A program made the position numbers and the translations under genes. The notes below the pieces were generated by a model. That model was not told where the DNA came from and did not search any database. It saw nothing but the letters and a program-made list of their open reading frames with translations. From assembly GCA_951406725.2 (NCBI GenBank), contig OX597819.1, positions 49,972,001 through 50,036,000 of the forward strand: a stretch of 64,000 bases of DNA, read 5' to 3'. Below, in pieces: positions 13,227-26,512 of this stretch (positions are counted from its first letter, which is position 1; each line of letters begins with the position of its first letter). This stretch comes from Octopus vulgaris. Its lineage: Eukaryota.

Positions 13227-14329
13227 AAGAATTTCATTAAAAACTCTCATAATGTTTCTATTAGAAGCGGAATAATTGATGTTATTCAAGATTATCTTCC
13301 TCAGTTCTACAGAAGCTGCGCGTTTTAGACATATTGATTTAAATTCTGCTCTCCTTCAGGATTTCTTTCTTGATGTCAAAGTCAGTATCAAGTTAATGCC
13401 CGAGGTAATGTTATAATGTTGTTGCATTCGTTTTTCCTTCACTGTCTTAAGGATGATGTGTATTTTAAGTAACGTTGTTTAATACTGCCTTCTATCATAC
13501 CACTGTAGTATTTATGTCATATAGTGTGTTTCGGTTTGAAATAGACGACTTCTATTTCATATACAAGTACAACATCGATTTTCCGGAACCAGGAGTGGTC
13601 ACCTTGGTCAGCACAATTTAATGTAAACAAATATTAAATTCACTTCAATAACTAAATGAAATTCAGGTATCTGTACATGAGTATAAATAATACAATTTTA
13701 TTAATACTGTTCTGTGAAAGGTACTAGTTGGTGTAAAGTACAAGTAAACTAGTTTGGCGACTGTGGAAATGTGAAGTTACTACTTGTGAATTAGTGTGGG
13801 TTATAAGAGGTTCCGGACCTTGATTGTCCGGGAAGTCAGTGTTGTATTTGTATTACTGCATATTTTCTATGCTCGGTCGATCATGTAATGTAAAAACGTT
13901 AATATATGATATGAAAGGCAAAGCCGACCCTGCTTCTAGTGTTTTAAATGTGTAACTATATTAAAATGTCACAAAGTAAATGATTACTTCTTTGTACAAG
14001 AACCAGAGCGAAAGCTCATCTTTAGTGCATTTAGGGCTGCATAACAAAGACTAGCGCTTTCGTCTTCAGCGCCAGAAAATAGTTCAGTTCTCAACAATTT
14101 TAGACCCTCTACAAAGCTCAGATGACGTCTGTAAGGAATATTGCATTCACATCTCGGTCGGTGTTGCTACTCTTGTACACTCAAACATCATATACCACAT
14201 TTAGAGAAAGGCTGCATTTTTAAATTCTATGAAAAAAAAAACACTCACAGACATACCCCGTCTCTGGGACACAAACGTGCTGTCGTCGTACTTTCTCTGT
14301 GTCTGAGTCTCCTTCCCTCTCTCTCCCCA

Positions 14330-14466
<137 letters not shown>

Positions 14467-14608
14467 AATAATAATGGGTGAAATTAATTAATCAGTTTAT
14501 AATTAATAATCTTACCAAGCAGTTCGGTATGTTAAAAGAACTATTATCGGTAAACTTATACAAAAATTATTATAATTATAATTATGTTTCTAATTATAAT
14601 AAGTTTTG

Positions 14609-14691
<83 letters not shown>

Positions 14692-15102
14692 TGACCAAGG
14701 TTACCGTGGTCTTTTTCGTAGGCTTTTCTTCCCACGGATAAACCTTACTTGCTTTCCCCTTTACACTATATATCATAACACTGTGATACACGATCCCTAT
14801 TGATCGTTTTTTTTCCTCTTCCCCTTTTTTCCCCTTTTTTCTTCTTTTTTCATTTCTCTTTTCTTTTGTTCCTTTTCCTTTTCTTCTTTATTTTTTTTAA
14901 TTTAATTTTTTTATTTTTTTTTTATTTTTTTTTTTTTTTCTTTTCTTCCCTTTTACGATCCCTCTTGATCGAAAACCTACGCCACCCCATTTTTTTTGTT
15001 TCTTTTGCTTTTTGTTTTTTTCATCCCCCAAAAGAAAAGCTCTACCTTGTAACTTGTCCCATCTGTGTGCAGCCCTGTGTGGCCAATAAAGAAACTTAAA
15101 TA

Positions 15103-15212
<110 letters not shown>

Positions 15213-15613
15213 TCTATTCTCTTTCTATCACTACCGCTATGATCTCTGTTTCTCTGAGCTGGCTGATCTCGCCTCACCACCATTCAGGCGTTCCCGATTC
15301 ACACGCTTTTCCGCTCATCACTCATATTGTGTCCAACTTTCCCAGGCTCCATACTATCCGCCCCCCCCAGTCCTCCAACCTCAAAAAGTCGTCCTCCCAC
15401 CCCACCCATCTCAGACCTGAAGCCCTGTGCCCATTACATTCCTGCAGGTGTCGAATTGCAACAGTTCAAGAAGAATATTAACGGCATCAGTCTCACTGAT
15501 TTCGAAGTGTCTAAGAAAGCTTTTGAGCTTGGTCGCTTGTCCACCTGACCTGCAGATAGCGCACACAGACACACACACACACGCACGCACACACGCACAC
15601 ACACACGCACGTA

Positions 15614-15688
<75 letters not shown>

Positions 15689-15827
15689 GCGCACACACAC
15701 ACACACACAAACAGGCGCACACACACACATCTATCTATTTCTCTGCCTGTCTGTCTATCTGCATATGTATGTACGTATGTATGTGTATAAGTATGTATGT
15801 ATGTATGTATGTATGTATGTATGTATG

Positions 15828-15879
<52 letters not shown>

Positions 15880-15889
15880 TATGTATGCA

Positions 15890-16080
15890 TTTTCTCCATC
15901 TCCTGTTGCCCGCTTTGGGATCTTTCTTTCCTCTCTCTTCCTTCTTTATGTTTCCGACGAAGAGCTCCGCTCGAAACGTCATACCTTCCTGCTTCCATAT
16001 TTCCTGAGCGCCTATTAATAATAATACTGTAATTGTTCCACTGTTGTTGTTTTTTTGTTTTCCCGTTTGGATTAAAATTG

Positions 16081-16082
<2 letters not shown>
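15890..16082 (+). mobile_element. PLE pseudo-LTR copy, inverted relative to 16140-16325, HHR-like motif at 15947-15983
   Basis: CCGACGA A GAGC-tcc-GCTC GAAACGTC; highly similar to reverse complement of 16140-16325; separated from it by (TA)n. Confidence 0.8.
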
Positions 16083-16139
<57 letters not shown>

Positions 16140-16144
<5 letters not shown>

Positions 16145-17131
16145 AATCCAAACGGGAAACAAAAAACAACAACAATGGAACAATTACAGTATTATTATTA
16201 ATAGGCGCTCAGGAAATGGAAGCAGGGAGGTATGACGTTTCGAGCGGAGCTCTTCGTCGGAAACATAAAGAAGGAAGAGAGAGGAAAGAAAGATCCCAGA
16301 GCGGGCAACGGGGATAGAGAAAAAAAACGACTGGTGTTTAGGAGTTACACATGGTGAAAGGCGGATGTTTACGATAACAAGAGCAAAGTGGGTTTTTAAA
16401 GGCAAAAGAGTGGAGACAAGGTTGGTAACGCAACAGATGTGTGTGTATGTGTGAATGTGTGCGTGTGCGTGTGTGTATGTGTGTGTGTGAGGCGAGATAA
16501 AAAAACAAAAAATATATGTATGTGTTAGTGTGTGCGTCTGTGTGTAGGCGTGTGAGGTAGGGCGAGACGGTGGTCAGCATAGCAGCAGCATAGCAGACAA
16601 AGGTCAGTAGTAAGAAAAGGAAGGAAGGAGGAAGGGAGGGAGGGGAAGGGGTGGGGGGCGTATGTAGCGTGCCAGCGTGTGTTGAGTAGTAGTGTGTGTG
16701 TGTGTCCAGTGTCGTGGTAGTATTAATGGCGAGTAGATTGAATGTGTGTAAGAGTAATGTATATATTTAAGCAATGTGTGTATATGTGTGCGCGTGTGTG
16801 TAACGAAAAAGGGGGCGGTTAAGGAAAAGGACTCCAGCTGAGGGGAAGATGGAAGAGTGGTCCCGCGGAGACGGGCGTGGGAAAACCCAACGACAAGCGA
16901 CGATCCCAGGAACGGGCGGGAGGTCTCGTCGGGTCCAAGGGCGAGGTGCATGCGGCGCGTATGCGTGCGCGAACCGGCGCAAGCGCGTGTGTGCGCGCGC
17001 CTGCGAGTATGCGCGTAAGTATGTGTGTGTGTGGATGTGTGAGTGTATCTGTGTGTATGTCTGGGTGGCAGTGTGTCCGATGAATGTACGTGAGTATGTG
17101 TGTATATATGTGTGTGCATAGATGTATGTCC

Positions 17132-17166
<35 letters not shown>

Positions 17167-19338
17167 AGTGTGTATGTATGTACGTGTGGGTGTGGGGAAG
17201 TGTGTGTATGTGCATGTGTGTGCGCGAACATACAGGTGTGTGAGTGAGTGTGTGTGTGTGTATGTATGTGTGAGTGTGTATGTATGTGTGTGTAGGATGC
17301 ATGTATGTGTATGGGTGTATGTATGCGTGTGTGTATGTATGTATGTGTACGTGCGTGTGTGTGTGTGTATGCGTGTAGGTGTGCGCGTGTGCATGCATGC
17401 ATGCATGTGCGTATGTGTGTGTGTGCATGTGTGTGGGTATATATGTATGTGCGTATATGTGTGTGTATGTGCGTACATGTGTGTGTGTAGGTGTGTAGGC
17501 GTGTGTGTATAGGTGTATGTATGTAAGTATGTATGGGTGTGTCCGTGTATGTGTGTGTATGTGTGTGTGTGTATGTAGCTGTGTGTGTATGTATGTATGT
17601 GTGTATGTAGGTGTGTGGGCGTGTGTATATAGGTGTATGTATGTATGTCTGGGTGTGTCCGTGCATGTTTGTGTGTGTGTGTGTGTATGCATGTGTATGT
17701 AGGTGTGTGTGTACGTGTGTAATGTATGTGTGTGTGCGTGTGTATGCGTGCGTGTGTGTATGTAGGTGCGTGTGTATGTGTGTGGGAGTGTAGGTGTGTG
17801 TGTGCGTGTGCGTGTTTATGTTGGTGTGTGCGTATGTGAGTGTGAGTGTATGGGTGTTTGTCATGCATGTGTGTGCGCGTGCAGGTGAGTGTGTGTGTAA
17901 GTATGTGTGTGTGTATGTTTGTGTGAGTGTGTATGTGTGTATGTCTGTGTGTATGTATGTGCGTATAGGAGTATGTGGGTATGTGTGTGTGTATGTATAT
18001 GGGTGTATGTATGTATGTATGTGTGTGTGTGTGTGCATGTGTATAAGTATATGCGTGTGTGCGTATGTGTGTGTGTGTGTATGTGTGTGTGTGTGTGTGT
18101 ATGTATGTGTGTATGTATGTATATGTGTAGGCGTGAGTGTGTAGATGTATGTATGTATGGGTGTGTGTCAGTGTGTGTTTGTGTGTGTGTGTAGGTAGAT
18201 GTGTGTGTCTGAGTGAGGGTATGGCTGTGTAGGTGTGTGTGTGTATGAATGTAAGTGTGTGTGTATACAAGTGTGATGTATGTAGGTAGGTGTGTGTGTG
18301 TGTGTGTATGTGTACGTGTGCGTGTGTATGTGTGTGTGTGTGTGTATGTGTGTGAGTGTGAGTGTATGGGTGTATGTCTGTGTGTGTGTATGTCTGAAGT
18401 GGGTATGTGTGTGTATGTATGTATGTGTGTGTGTGTGTGCGGGTATGTGTGTGTGTGTGTATGTGTGTGTGTGAGTAGGTGTGCGTGTATGTATGTGGGT
18501 AGGGATGCATGCGAGTGTGTGGGTATGTATGCATACATACGCATGCGCACATCCGAAGCAAGCCCACACACACGAAGCGCGCTCACGCACACAACGCACA
18601 AGCAGTACAACGCAAGCCCAAAGGGGCCGACCGAGCCCCCAGCGCGCGCCAAGGCCCTCGAACGCCCCGCTACGCGGGAACCGAGGATCCATCAGCCAAA
18701 ACCGGAAAGCAGAAAAGAGGGGGGGGCTGCCTGGATGCAAAAAGGTGTATGTGTGTGTGCATTCAGTGTACGGGTGTGCATGTGTGGGTATGTATGTATG
18801 TGCCTACATGTATGTGTGCATGTGTGTGTGTGTGAAGTATGTATGTGCGTATGTATGTGTGTGTGTATGTGTGTATGTATGTCTGTGTGTGTGTGTGTGT
18901 GTAAGTATGTATGCGTGTGTGTATGTATGTATGTGTGTGTGTATGTGCATGTTGGTTTGTATGTTAGTGTGTGCATGTGTGTCTGTAAGTGTGTGTGATT
19001 AAATGTGTGAATGTATGTACGTAGATGGGTCTACGTATGTGTGTGTGTGAACAGGCGTATGGGAGGTAGGTGGGTGGGTGTGTGTGGGTGGTGTGTCCGG
19101 AAAAAAAAACGGATCTCAAGAGGCGGGGGCTGTGTTAAGTCCGTGTGGGGTGGTAGTTTGTAGGGTGAAGATGTAGCGTTGCTCCAAGTGGAGCCTGGAA
19201 AGTGGGCGACCATTGTGGGGGGCGAGACCAAACACTGAGATGTCATCTCGGGAATGGCCGGCCGAGCGGAAGTGGCGTGCGACGGGAGAAAGAGAGTGTA
19301 GGCGAACGTCCCTCAAGTGTTCAGTGAAACGGTCGGAC
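16140..19338 (-). mobile_element. 5'-truncated Penelope-like element: end of GIY-YIG domain, ~3 kb CA-rich 3' UTR, pLTR with HHR-like motif (16231-16267)
   Basis: Coding end homologous to the 56650-58845 protein; both ends abut (TA)n; terminal segment carries the same HHR family as 12592. Confidence 0.75.
19116..19337 (-). pseudogene. C-terminal GIY-YIG endonuclease fragment of a PLE
   Basis: SDRFTEHLRDVRL..SPVARHFRSAGHS..DISVFGL...RLHLEQRYIFTLQTTTPHGLN aligns with ADRFAEHLRDIHL..TPVSRHFRSTGHS..LSVFGL...REQELIFSLRSYTPFGLN. Confidence 0.9.
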
Positions 19339-19349
19339 ATATATATATA

Positions 19350-20331
19350 TATATCTTCTTTATCCCCGTCTGTCTTGATAGACAATGGGTTGCGCCAAGG
19401 GTGGGGCCTACTTTGATGATGTGCAGCGTCTGCTGTGACTGAACAGTCCAATTCTAGAGTGGCAGTCCTTGGTACAGTTGCTGCACACGAACATCGATGG
19501 GTACGTTTGGGGTGTTGCTGCAGTTGTCCTCCTCCTGTCCCGCCTGTCCAACCACAGCTGTGCTCTCCTCTCCTCAGCCATGGAAACGCCTTTCCTCACC
19601 GTCCGACGCCAGGCAGAGCGGTCAGCAGCTGTTTCCTCCCACGTGTCCACACAGATGTTGGCAGTTCTCAGGTCGCGCTTGCACACGTCCCTGTATCGTA
19701 GCTGTGGACGTCCCTTGGGTCGGGATCCCGTGGTGAGTTCGCTGTACAGGATGTCTTTAGGCATGCGACCGTCCTGCATGCGGCAGACGTGTCCGAGCCA
19801 GCGCAGTCGTCTCCGCACGAGGAGGGCATACATGCTTGGCATATTAGTCTGTTCCAGGATGACTCCGTTTGGTACTCGGTCCTTCCAGGAGATGCCAAGG
19901 ATCCGTCGAAGACATCGCATGTGGAAGCCGCTGAGGCGGCATTCCTGCCGGGTGTATGTTGTCCAGCTCTCGCTGCCGTAGAGTAGGGTGCTCAGCACGC
20001 AGGCTCGGTACACTGCGATCTTGGTGGTTAATGTGAGCATGTTGTTTTCCCACACACTCCTCACAACCAACCGGGTCTCCAGAGGCTGGTCAGCTCCCTG
20101 GCGGATGCCTGCCAAGAGTTCGGCCTTACCATCAGCCTGAAAAAGACAGAGATCATGGGCCAGGACGTCGGAGGGGTCCCCAGCATCAGTGTCGGCGACC
20201 ACAGCTTGCAGGTGGTGAACGAGTTCACTTACCTGGGATCGACGGTCTCCAGCAGCCTGTCCCTCGAGCCGGAGCTGAACAGACGGATTGGGAAGGCTGC
20301 TGCTGCCATGGCTAAGCTCTCCAGGAGGAGG
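19350..20331 (-). mobile_element. RTE-clade LINE 3' fragment with 5' inversion, inserted in (TA)n
   Basis: Minus 20058-19408: VWENNMLTLTTKIAVYRACVLSTLLYGSESW...RRLRWLGHVCRM..GRMPKDILYSEL..G.RPKGRPQLRYRD...CSNCTKDCHSRIGLFSH; plus 20062-20330: LADACQEFGLTISLKKTEIM...FTYLGS...RIGKAAAAMAKLSRR. Confidence 0.9.
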
Positions 20332-20364
<33 letters not shown>

Positions 20365-21320
20365 CGTGTGTGCGTGCGTGAATATGAATAGCATGTGTAT
20401 ATGTATGTATATATATATATATGTGTGTGTATGGGTATATGGATAATATATATATATATATACACATTCATACGCATACATCCATACGGGTGTGTATGTG
20501 TATGTCTTATCTTTGAGTCCGTATCATATTTATTTCATTATCTTTCATTTTTATCTTATTTTCTCATAATTCCTGCTACTTTTACGTTAAGGTTATTTTT
20601 TTTTGTCTATTATAATTTTCATTTGTTTATTTATGTTATTTTTTTTTCTTACTTTCTGAACTTTATTCATTATTTTGTTTACAAATTATCATTTTGTTAT
20701 TTTGTTATTTATATATATTATTTTACATATATTATATTATTTTCTTCACCTCTTGACTTCTGGTGTATCTCTCCATTACGTTCGTTCGCAGAGAAAGCAA
20801 TCTGATAAGATGACATAATTTTTTTTTTTGTATTTTTTTTTTGTATTTTTATGGATTTAGTTTTCTCTGTAATTTATTTATTTATTTATTTATTATTATT
20901 ATTATCATTATTGTTGTTGTTGTTATTTTGCTGTTGGCTCTTCACCGCGTGCTTTTTATTTTATTTCATTTTTTGTTTTTCTGTTTTTTCTTTTTTTTCT
21001 TATCAGACATAGAGAACGCGAGGGAGGAAGCGTGGAAGCGAGGAAGCAAGGGAGCGATGTGGGAAAGGAGATAGGGAATTAGCCGTTCAGACAGGTAGGT
21101 AGTTAATTGTAACAGACAGGTAGATTATATACCATTACGCAAATACACACATGCAACATATGAGTGTATACAATCAGGCGATCGTGCTTATACATTTCTA
21201 ATCTTACTCTCATAAGAGAAAGTGGGTGAGCGAGTGAGCGAGAGAGAGAGAGAGAGAGGGAGAGAGAGGGAGAGAGAGAGAAAGAGAGAGATTCTTGCAG
21301 ATAGACATGCAGAAAATGTG

Positions 21321-21366
<46 letters not shown>

Positions 21367-22292
21367 TGTTTTTAATTTGAGTTTCTAATTTGCGAAAATA
21401 CATATTTTCTGGAATTCTGGAATATTCCATAACAAAATCAGTTTTGCTATAAAAAATTATTTCTTATAATTTTCTTAAAATTTACGCCTAACTCAATGCG
21501 TCCTGCCCTTAAAACTGCCCGGGTGGATAAATAGATCTCTCGTTTAAACCAACGGTCATATTACTCCGGGGAGAGATGGCAACTGTAGCCTCCCTTGTTC
21601 GACAACACCGTGTTTGCTTCAGTTCAACATGGCCTGCCTTTGTTTACTTGTTAGGCGAACGGTATTGCGGAGACAGTAACTGAATACTCTTCTTCTATAC
21701 CTGGTCTGTTTCCAGCAGCAAGTGCCTTGTCCCAAGTGTACTTATCACCTCTCCACTTATGAATAGGGAACCGCAGGGGATACCAGGTATTGGTTTAGTA
21801 TAATCGTATATATTTGCTTCACGGTTCCTTCTTCAGGTTTTCTCCGATCCACGTGTTATTCTGTTATCAGCAAGTGAACGTTAAACCTGGCATCATTTTT
21901 CCTCTGTTTATTTTTATCCAAAACTTTGGACGGAAATTTTCTATTGGAACCTAAGTTACCCCTATTTTACATAACTTTTACGTAAGAATATTTCCTGCTT
22001 TACGAGTATGTGTTACCGAATGAGTTATGCTATTTTTTAGTTTTGTTTTGTAGATTATCAAGGGTTCAGTCGAAAAAATCGGCCCCTGTACTTATTTTTT
22101 TAAGGTCTGGTACTTATTTTAGCGGACGCTTTTGCAAAACCGCTAAGGTACAGAAGTTATGGGGTCGTAAACAAATCCACAAGAATTGTCAAATGGTCTG
22201 GCGAGACAAACACAACATAAATACAAAGAACATGTGTGTGTGTGTGTGTGTGTGTGTGATAGGCTTCCTCACAATTTCTCTCTACCAAAATA

Positions 22293-22470
22293 AGGCTGCG
22301 AGCTGGCAGAAGCGTTAGCATGCCGGGCGAAATGTTTAGCGGTATTGCGTCTGAGTTCAAATTCTATCGAGGTCGACTTTGCCTTTCATCCTTTCAGGGT
22401 CGATAAATTAAGTACCACTTGCGTACTGGGGTTGATCTAATCGATTGGCTTCCTCCCTCAAAATTTCCGT
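22293..22470 (+). mobile_element. SINE family C copy
   Basis: ggc.gcgagctggcagaa.cgttagca...gaggtcgactttgcctttcatcctttc.gggtcgataaattaagtacc. Confidence 0.75.
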
Positions 22471-23353
22471 CTATCAAAGGAATTGGAAGGCTGAAGGATA
22501 TTGTAGAAAACAATTGTACAAGATGCTGCGCGGTGGGACTGAACCAGAAACCATGTAATTGCAAAGCAAGCTTTTTATAACCTCACAGCAATGCCTGTGC
22601 CTTAATTATTTCTTTCTAGAATTCTACGTCTTTATTGAAAATAGGCATATATATAGAGGCCATTGCTAACTAGTATACATGCAACAAGAGAAATAAGTAG
22701 AATTTGGTAGTGAAGATTTCAAATCCCAGCTGGGGCAAAGGGGCAGAGGGGCAGAATTAGTACAGCATTCTTGACAGACGATCATGGAATACTACAGCAA
22801 ATTTAAGCAAAAATTCTATTCTTCCGGATGTAGCTATTTCGTTCCATTCTGTTTTTGTTTTACGCACGTACGTATGTATGTATGTGCGTATGTCATTATT
22901 CAGTTTTAGTTCAAGATTTCTTGCCAATAGAGAAAGAGTCAGTTTCTAACCTAGATCCAAGGCTCCTTCATTGGAATTTCAACACAAGCAACACAGTATG
23001 TATGTATGTATGTATGTATGTATGTATGTATGTATGTATGTATGTATGTATGTATGTATGTATGTATGTATGTATGCAGTCGTGTATGCTTATCAAGAGC
23101 AGGGCTCATTAGCCACCAACGGAGCCGCAAATGTAAAATATATGTTAGTCCTAGAGCGCACAATGTTCCTGAAGGTCGGCAATGGTCTTCCTCGGTCACG
23201 CGTGGACGGCCATCATGTATGTATGTATGTATGTATGTATGTATGTATGTATGTATGTATGTATGTATGTATGTATGTATGTATGTATGTAGGTATTTGT
23301 ATCCATTTTTATATCTAAAGCTTTAAAGATATCTATAGATATCTAATATTGAG

Positions 23354-23985
23354 GGCGGCGAGCTGGCAGAATCGTTAGCACGCCAAGGCGGCGAGCTGGC
23401 TGAAACGTTAGCACGTCGGGCGAAATGCGTAGCCATATTTCGTCTGCCGTTACGTTCTGAGTTCAAATTTCGCCGAGGTCGACTTTGCCTTTCGTCCTTT
23501 CGGGATCGATAAATTATGTACCAGTTACGCACTGGGGTTGAGGTAATCGACTTAATCCGTTTGTCTGTCCTTGTTTGTCCCCTCTGTGTTTAGCCCCTTG
23601 TGGGTAGTAAAGAAATAGGTATTTCGTCTGTCTTTACGTTCTGAGTTCAAATTCCGCCGTGGTACCTTTGCCTTTCGTCCTTTCGGGGTATATTAAATAA
23701 GTACCAGTTACGCACTGGGATCGATGTAATCGACTTAATCCGTTTGTTTGTCCTTGTTTGTCCTCTCTGTGTGTAGCCCCTTGTGGGAAATAAAGAAATA
23801 AGAATCGTTAGCACGCCAAGTAAAATGCTTAGCGGCCTTTCGTCCATTTTTACGTTATGAGGTCGACTTTGCCTTTTATCCTTTTGTGGTCGATAAAATA
23901 AGTACCAGTTGAGCACTGGCGGTCGATGCAATCAACTTACCCCTCCCCCGAAATTGCTGGCCATGTGCCAAAATTTGAAATTAAT
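23354..23985 (+). mobile_element. SINE family C with internal ~184-bp tandem repeats
   Basis: Head ggcggcgagctggcagaatcgttagc; atttcgtctg recurs at 23437 and 23621; central gcctttcatcctttcggggtcgataaat..gtaccag resembles the MetaSINE core. Confidence 0.8.
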
Positions 23986-23991
23986 ATGTGA

Positions 23992-24381
23992 AGGCTATGT
24001 GGTAAGTAGCTTGCTTACCAACCACATGATTCCGAGTTCAGTCCCATTGCATGGCACCTTGGGCAAGTGTCTTCTACTATAGCTTCGGGCCGACCAAAGC
24101 CTTGTGAGAAGATTTGGTAGACGGAAACTAAAAGAAGCCCGTCGTATATATGTTTATATATATGTATGTGTGTATATGTTGTATGTCTGTGTTTGCCCCC
24201 CACCCATCGCTTGAGAACCGATGCTGGTGTGTTTACGTCCCCGTAACTTAGCGTTTCGGCAAAAGGGTCCGATAGAAGAAGTACTAGGCTTACAAACAAT
24301 AAGTCCTGGGTTCGATTTGCTCGCCTAAAGGTGGTACTCCAGCATGGCCACAGTCAAATGACTGAAACAAGTAAAAGAGTA
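23992..24381 (+). mobile_element. SINE family A copy
   Basis: High similarity to 42161-42600. Confidence 0.85.
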
Positions 24382-25447
24382 ATCGAAAGGTTTTTTTTCT
24401 TGATATATGTAAGCAACCCCACCTACCTATTTACAACTGCAGTATGAACAACGGCAAAGACCTATATAGAGACCTGTACTCCGCGTTGAGCAACCCCAAA
24501 ATTTCAACAACCGATTCGTTGAGCTTCCAAATTGCCTGACCTATACGTATATGTTTATAGTTGCACTATATATAACCACAAAGACCTCCAGAAGCCTCTA
24601 CTCAGCGTTGAGCAACGAAAAATTTTTACAGCCGGTTGTTTGAATTGCCGAAAATGCAACCGCCATCTCTGTATGATAAAAATTCCAAATTTGGCAATTA
24701 AATATCGACAGCTCTTTAAAAATGCTGGCGATATTGGATATTACTGTAACAAATTAATTATGAAATACTTTCATTATCAAATATATTCGTGCTTTGAATA
24801 TTTTTGTTGTTCAATATACTTACCTTGTTTAAATATAAACGTGTAAGCTGAAGTGTCGCTTGCTTATGTTCTTCGGTTCTTCGCCTTATGGCGATAGATA
24901 TATTCGAAATTAAATTTTAAAATATTCTATACGGAGAACAGTAAATCAATGGATATTGAAACAAAGTAATTTTATAGCATGGAAATAAAGAATATATTTT
25001 TAATTTAAGAATAGCAAAATCAATGATATAAATAAACACATTAAGAACATATTGTACAAGTACAGCAATCAGAACGTTTGCCAATGCTCGGAGACCACCA
25101 TGTTCTTCTGTGTCATTGCGTTGTCTCCTATCAACTTCTTTTAAAGACAGATCGAATAATTCTTCTCATGTATCAGTTATCAACTTTAATATTTTATTAG
25201 CATGAAATCAAAAAGGACTCAATACATTGTCTGAGTATATAAGGTATGCATCGGCTGATAAAATTCCTACAGTGGTCGCAGTATAATGGATCATTTACAT
25301 GTGAAAACAACCGTGCAACTTTATACTTAAAGACAGAAAATATCTAATAATAATTCTATATACATACAAGTATATATGCATAATTCATCTTTGGAACGGT
25401 GTATTTCGAAGAAGATAAAGCTATAAGTAATTGCGTGCAAATGCAGC

Positions 25448-25820
25448 ATTGCTGTGTGGTTTAAAAGCTTGCCTTTTAAATATGTGGTTCTAGATTAGGA
25501 CCATTGTGCAAGTGTCTTCAGCCAATAAATAACTTGTGAGTGGAATTTGGTAGACGGAAACTGAAAGAAGCCTGTCGTATATATGTATATATATATTTAT
25601 GTGTGCGTGTATAGGTTTGTGTGTCTGTGTTTGCCCTCCCAACATCGCTTGACAACAGATGGTGGTGTGTTTACGTCCCCGTAACTTAGTGGTTCGGCAA
25701 AAGAGACCGATAGAATAAGTACTAGGCTTCCAAAGAATAAGTCCTGGGGTTGATTTGCTCGACTAAAGGTGGTGGTCCAGCATGGCCGCAGTCAAATGTC
25801 TGAAACAAGTAAAAAAGAAA
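25448..25820 (+). mobile_element. SINE family A copy
   Basis: tttggtagacggaaactgaaagaagcc...gtaacttag.ggttcggcaaaagagaccgatagaataagtactaggc...tgaaacaagtaaaa. Confidence 0.8.
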
Positions 25821-26110
25821 AGAGAAAAAGAGAAAGAGATACACACACACATACACACACATATATGTGCGTGTGTGTGTGTGTGTGTGTTTGTGTGTGT
25901 ATGTCTGTCTTTGGTTTTATGTCGTATTTGTCCACCACCATCACATTTTGGGTAGAAAACTTCGAAGGCTACCCGTGTGACTCGAACACATATTTCCTAT
26001 AAATAAACGTTATACCATTGGACTAAAACAACACTTCTATTTTCAGACACAGGACTTGAAATTTCGTGCGAGAGATTACATAGTCCAACTCCAAAAGAAT
26101 GAAAGATGTC

Positions 26111-26142
<32 letters not shown>

Positions 26143-26369
26143 CTTTATTTTAAGCAGCAGAAAATTCAACAAAATCTGTTACTCTGAGTTTCTCGTTGCC
26201 GTTCATCAGACAGTTTTTTCTAGCAAAAACTGTCTGATGAACGGCAACGAGAAACTCAGAGTAACAGATTTTGTTGAATTTTCTGCTGCTTAAAATAAAG
26301 CATATTACTCTACCACTGGTATTTGAGTACTCTTTTTTCCACCTTGTTTCACATTTATGTGTTTACTCC

Positions 26370-26371
<2 letters not shown>
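26143..26371 (+). mobile_element. Fold-back element in (TA)n with HHRs on both strands (+ 26230-26267; - ~26176-26213)
   Basis: CTGT CTGATGA ACG-gcaa-CGA GAAA CTC-a-GAG TA ACAG and its exact reverse complement; ~75-bp arms; relatives at 48879 and 51793. Confidence 0.85.
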
Positions 26372-26466
<95 letters not shown>

Positions 26467-26512
26467 TTCTTTATCTACAGTATATTTATTTCTTTATAAT
26501 ATATATATATAT

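Noticed and set aside
13300-14100. Possible very old retroelement coding remnant on minus strand
   Set aside because: No motif could be read with confidence without a profile search
16604-18998. Long His/Thr/Tyr- and Val/Cys-rich ORFs (up to 584 aa)
   Set aside because: Translations of degenerate CA/TG repeats that lack stops by composition; no domain signal
19408-20481. 357-aa ORF as a single gene
   Set aside because: Chimera of microsatellite, antisense of the inverted RTE piece and the true RTE C-terminus
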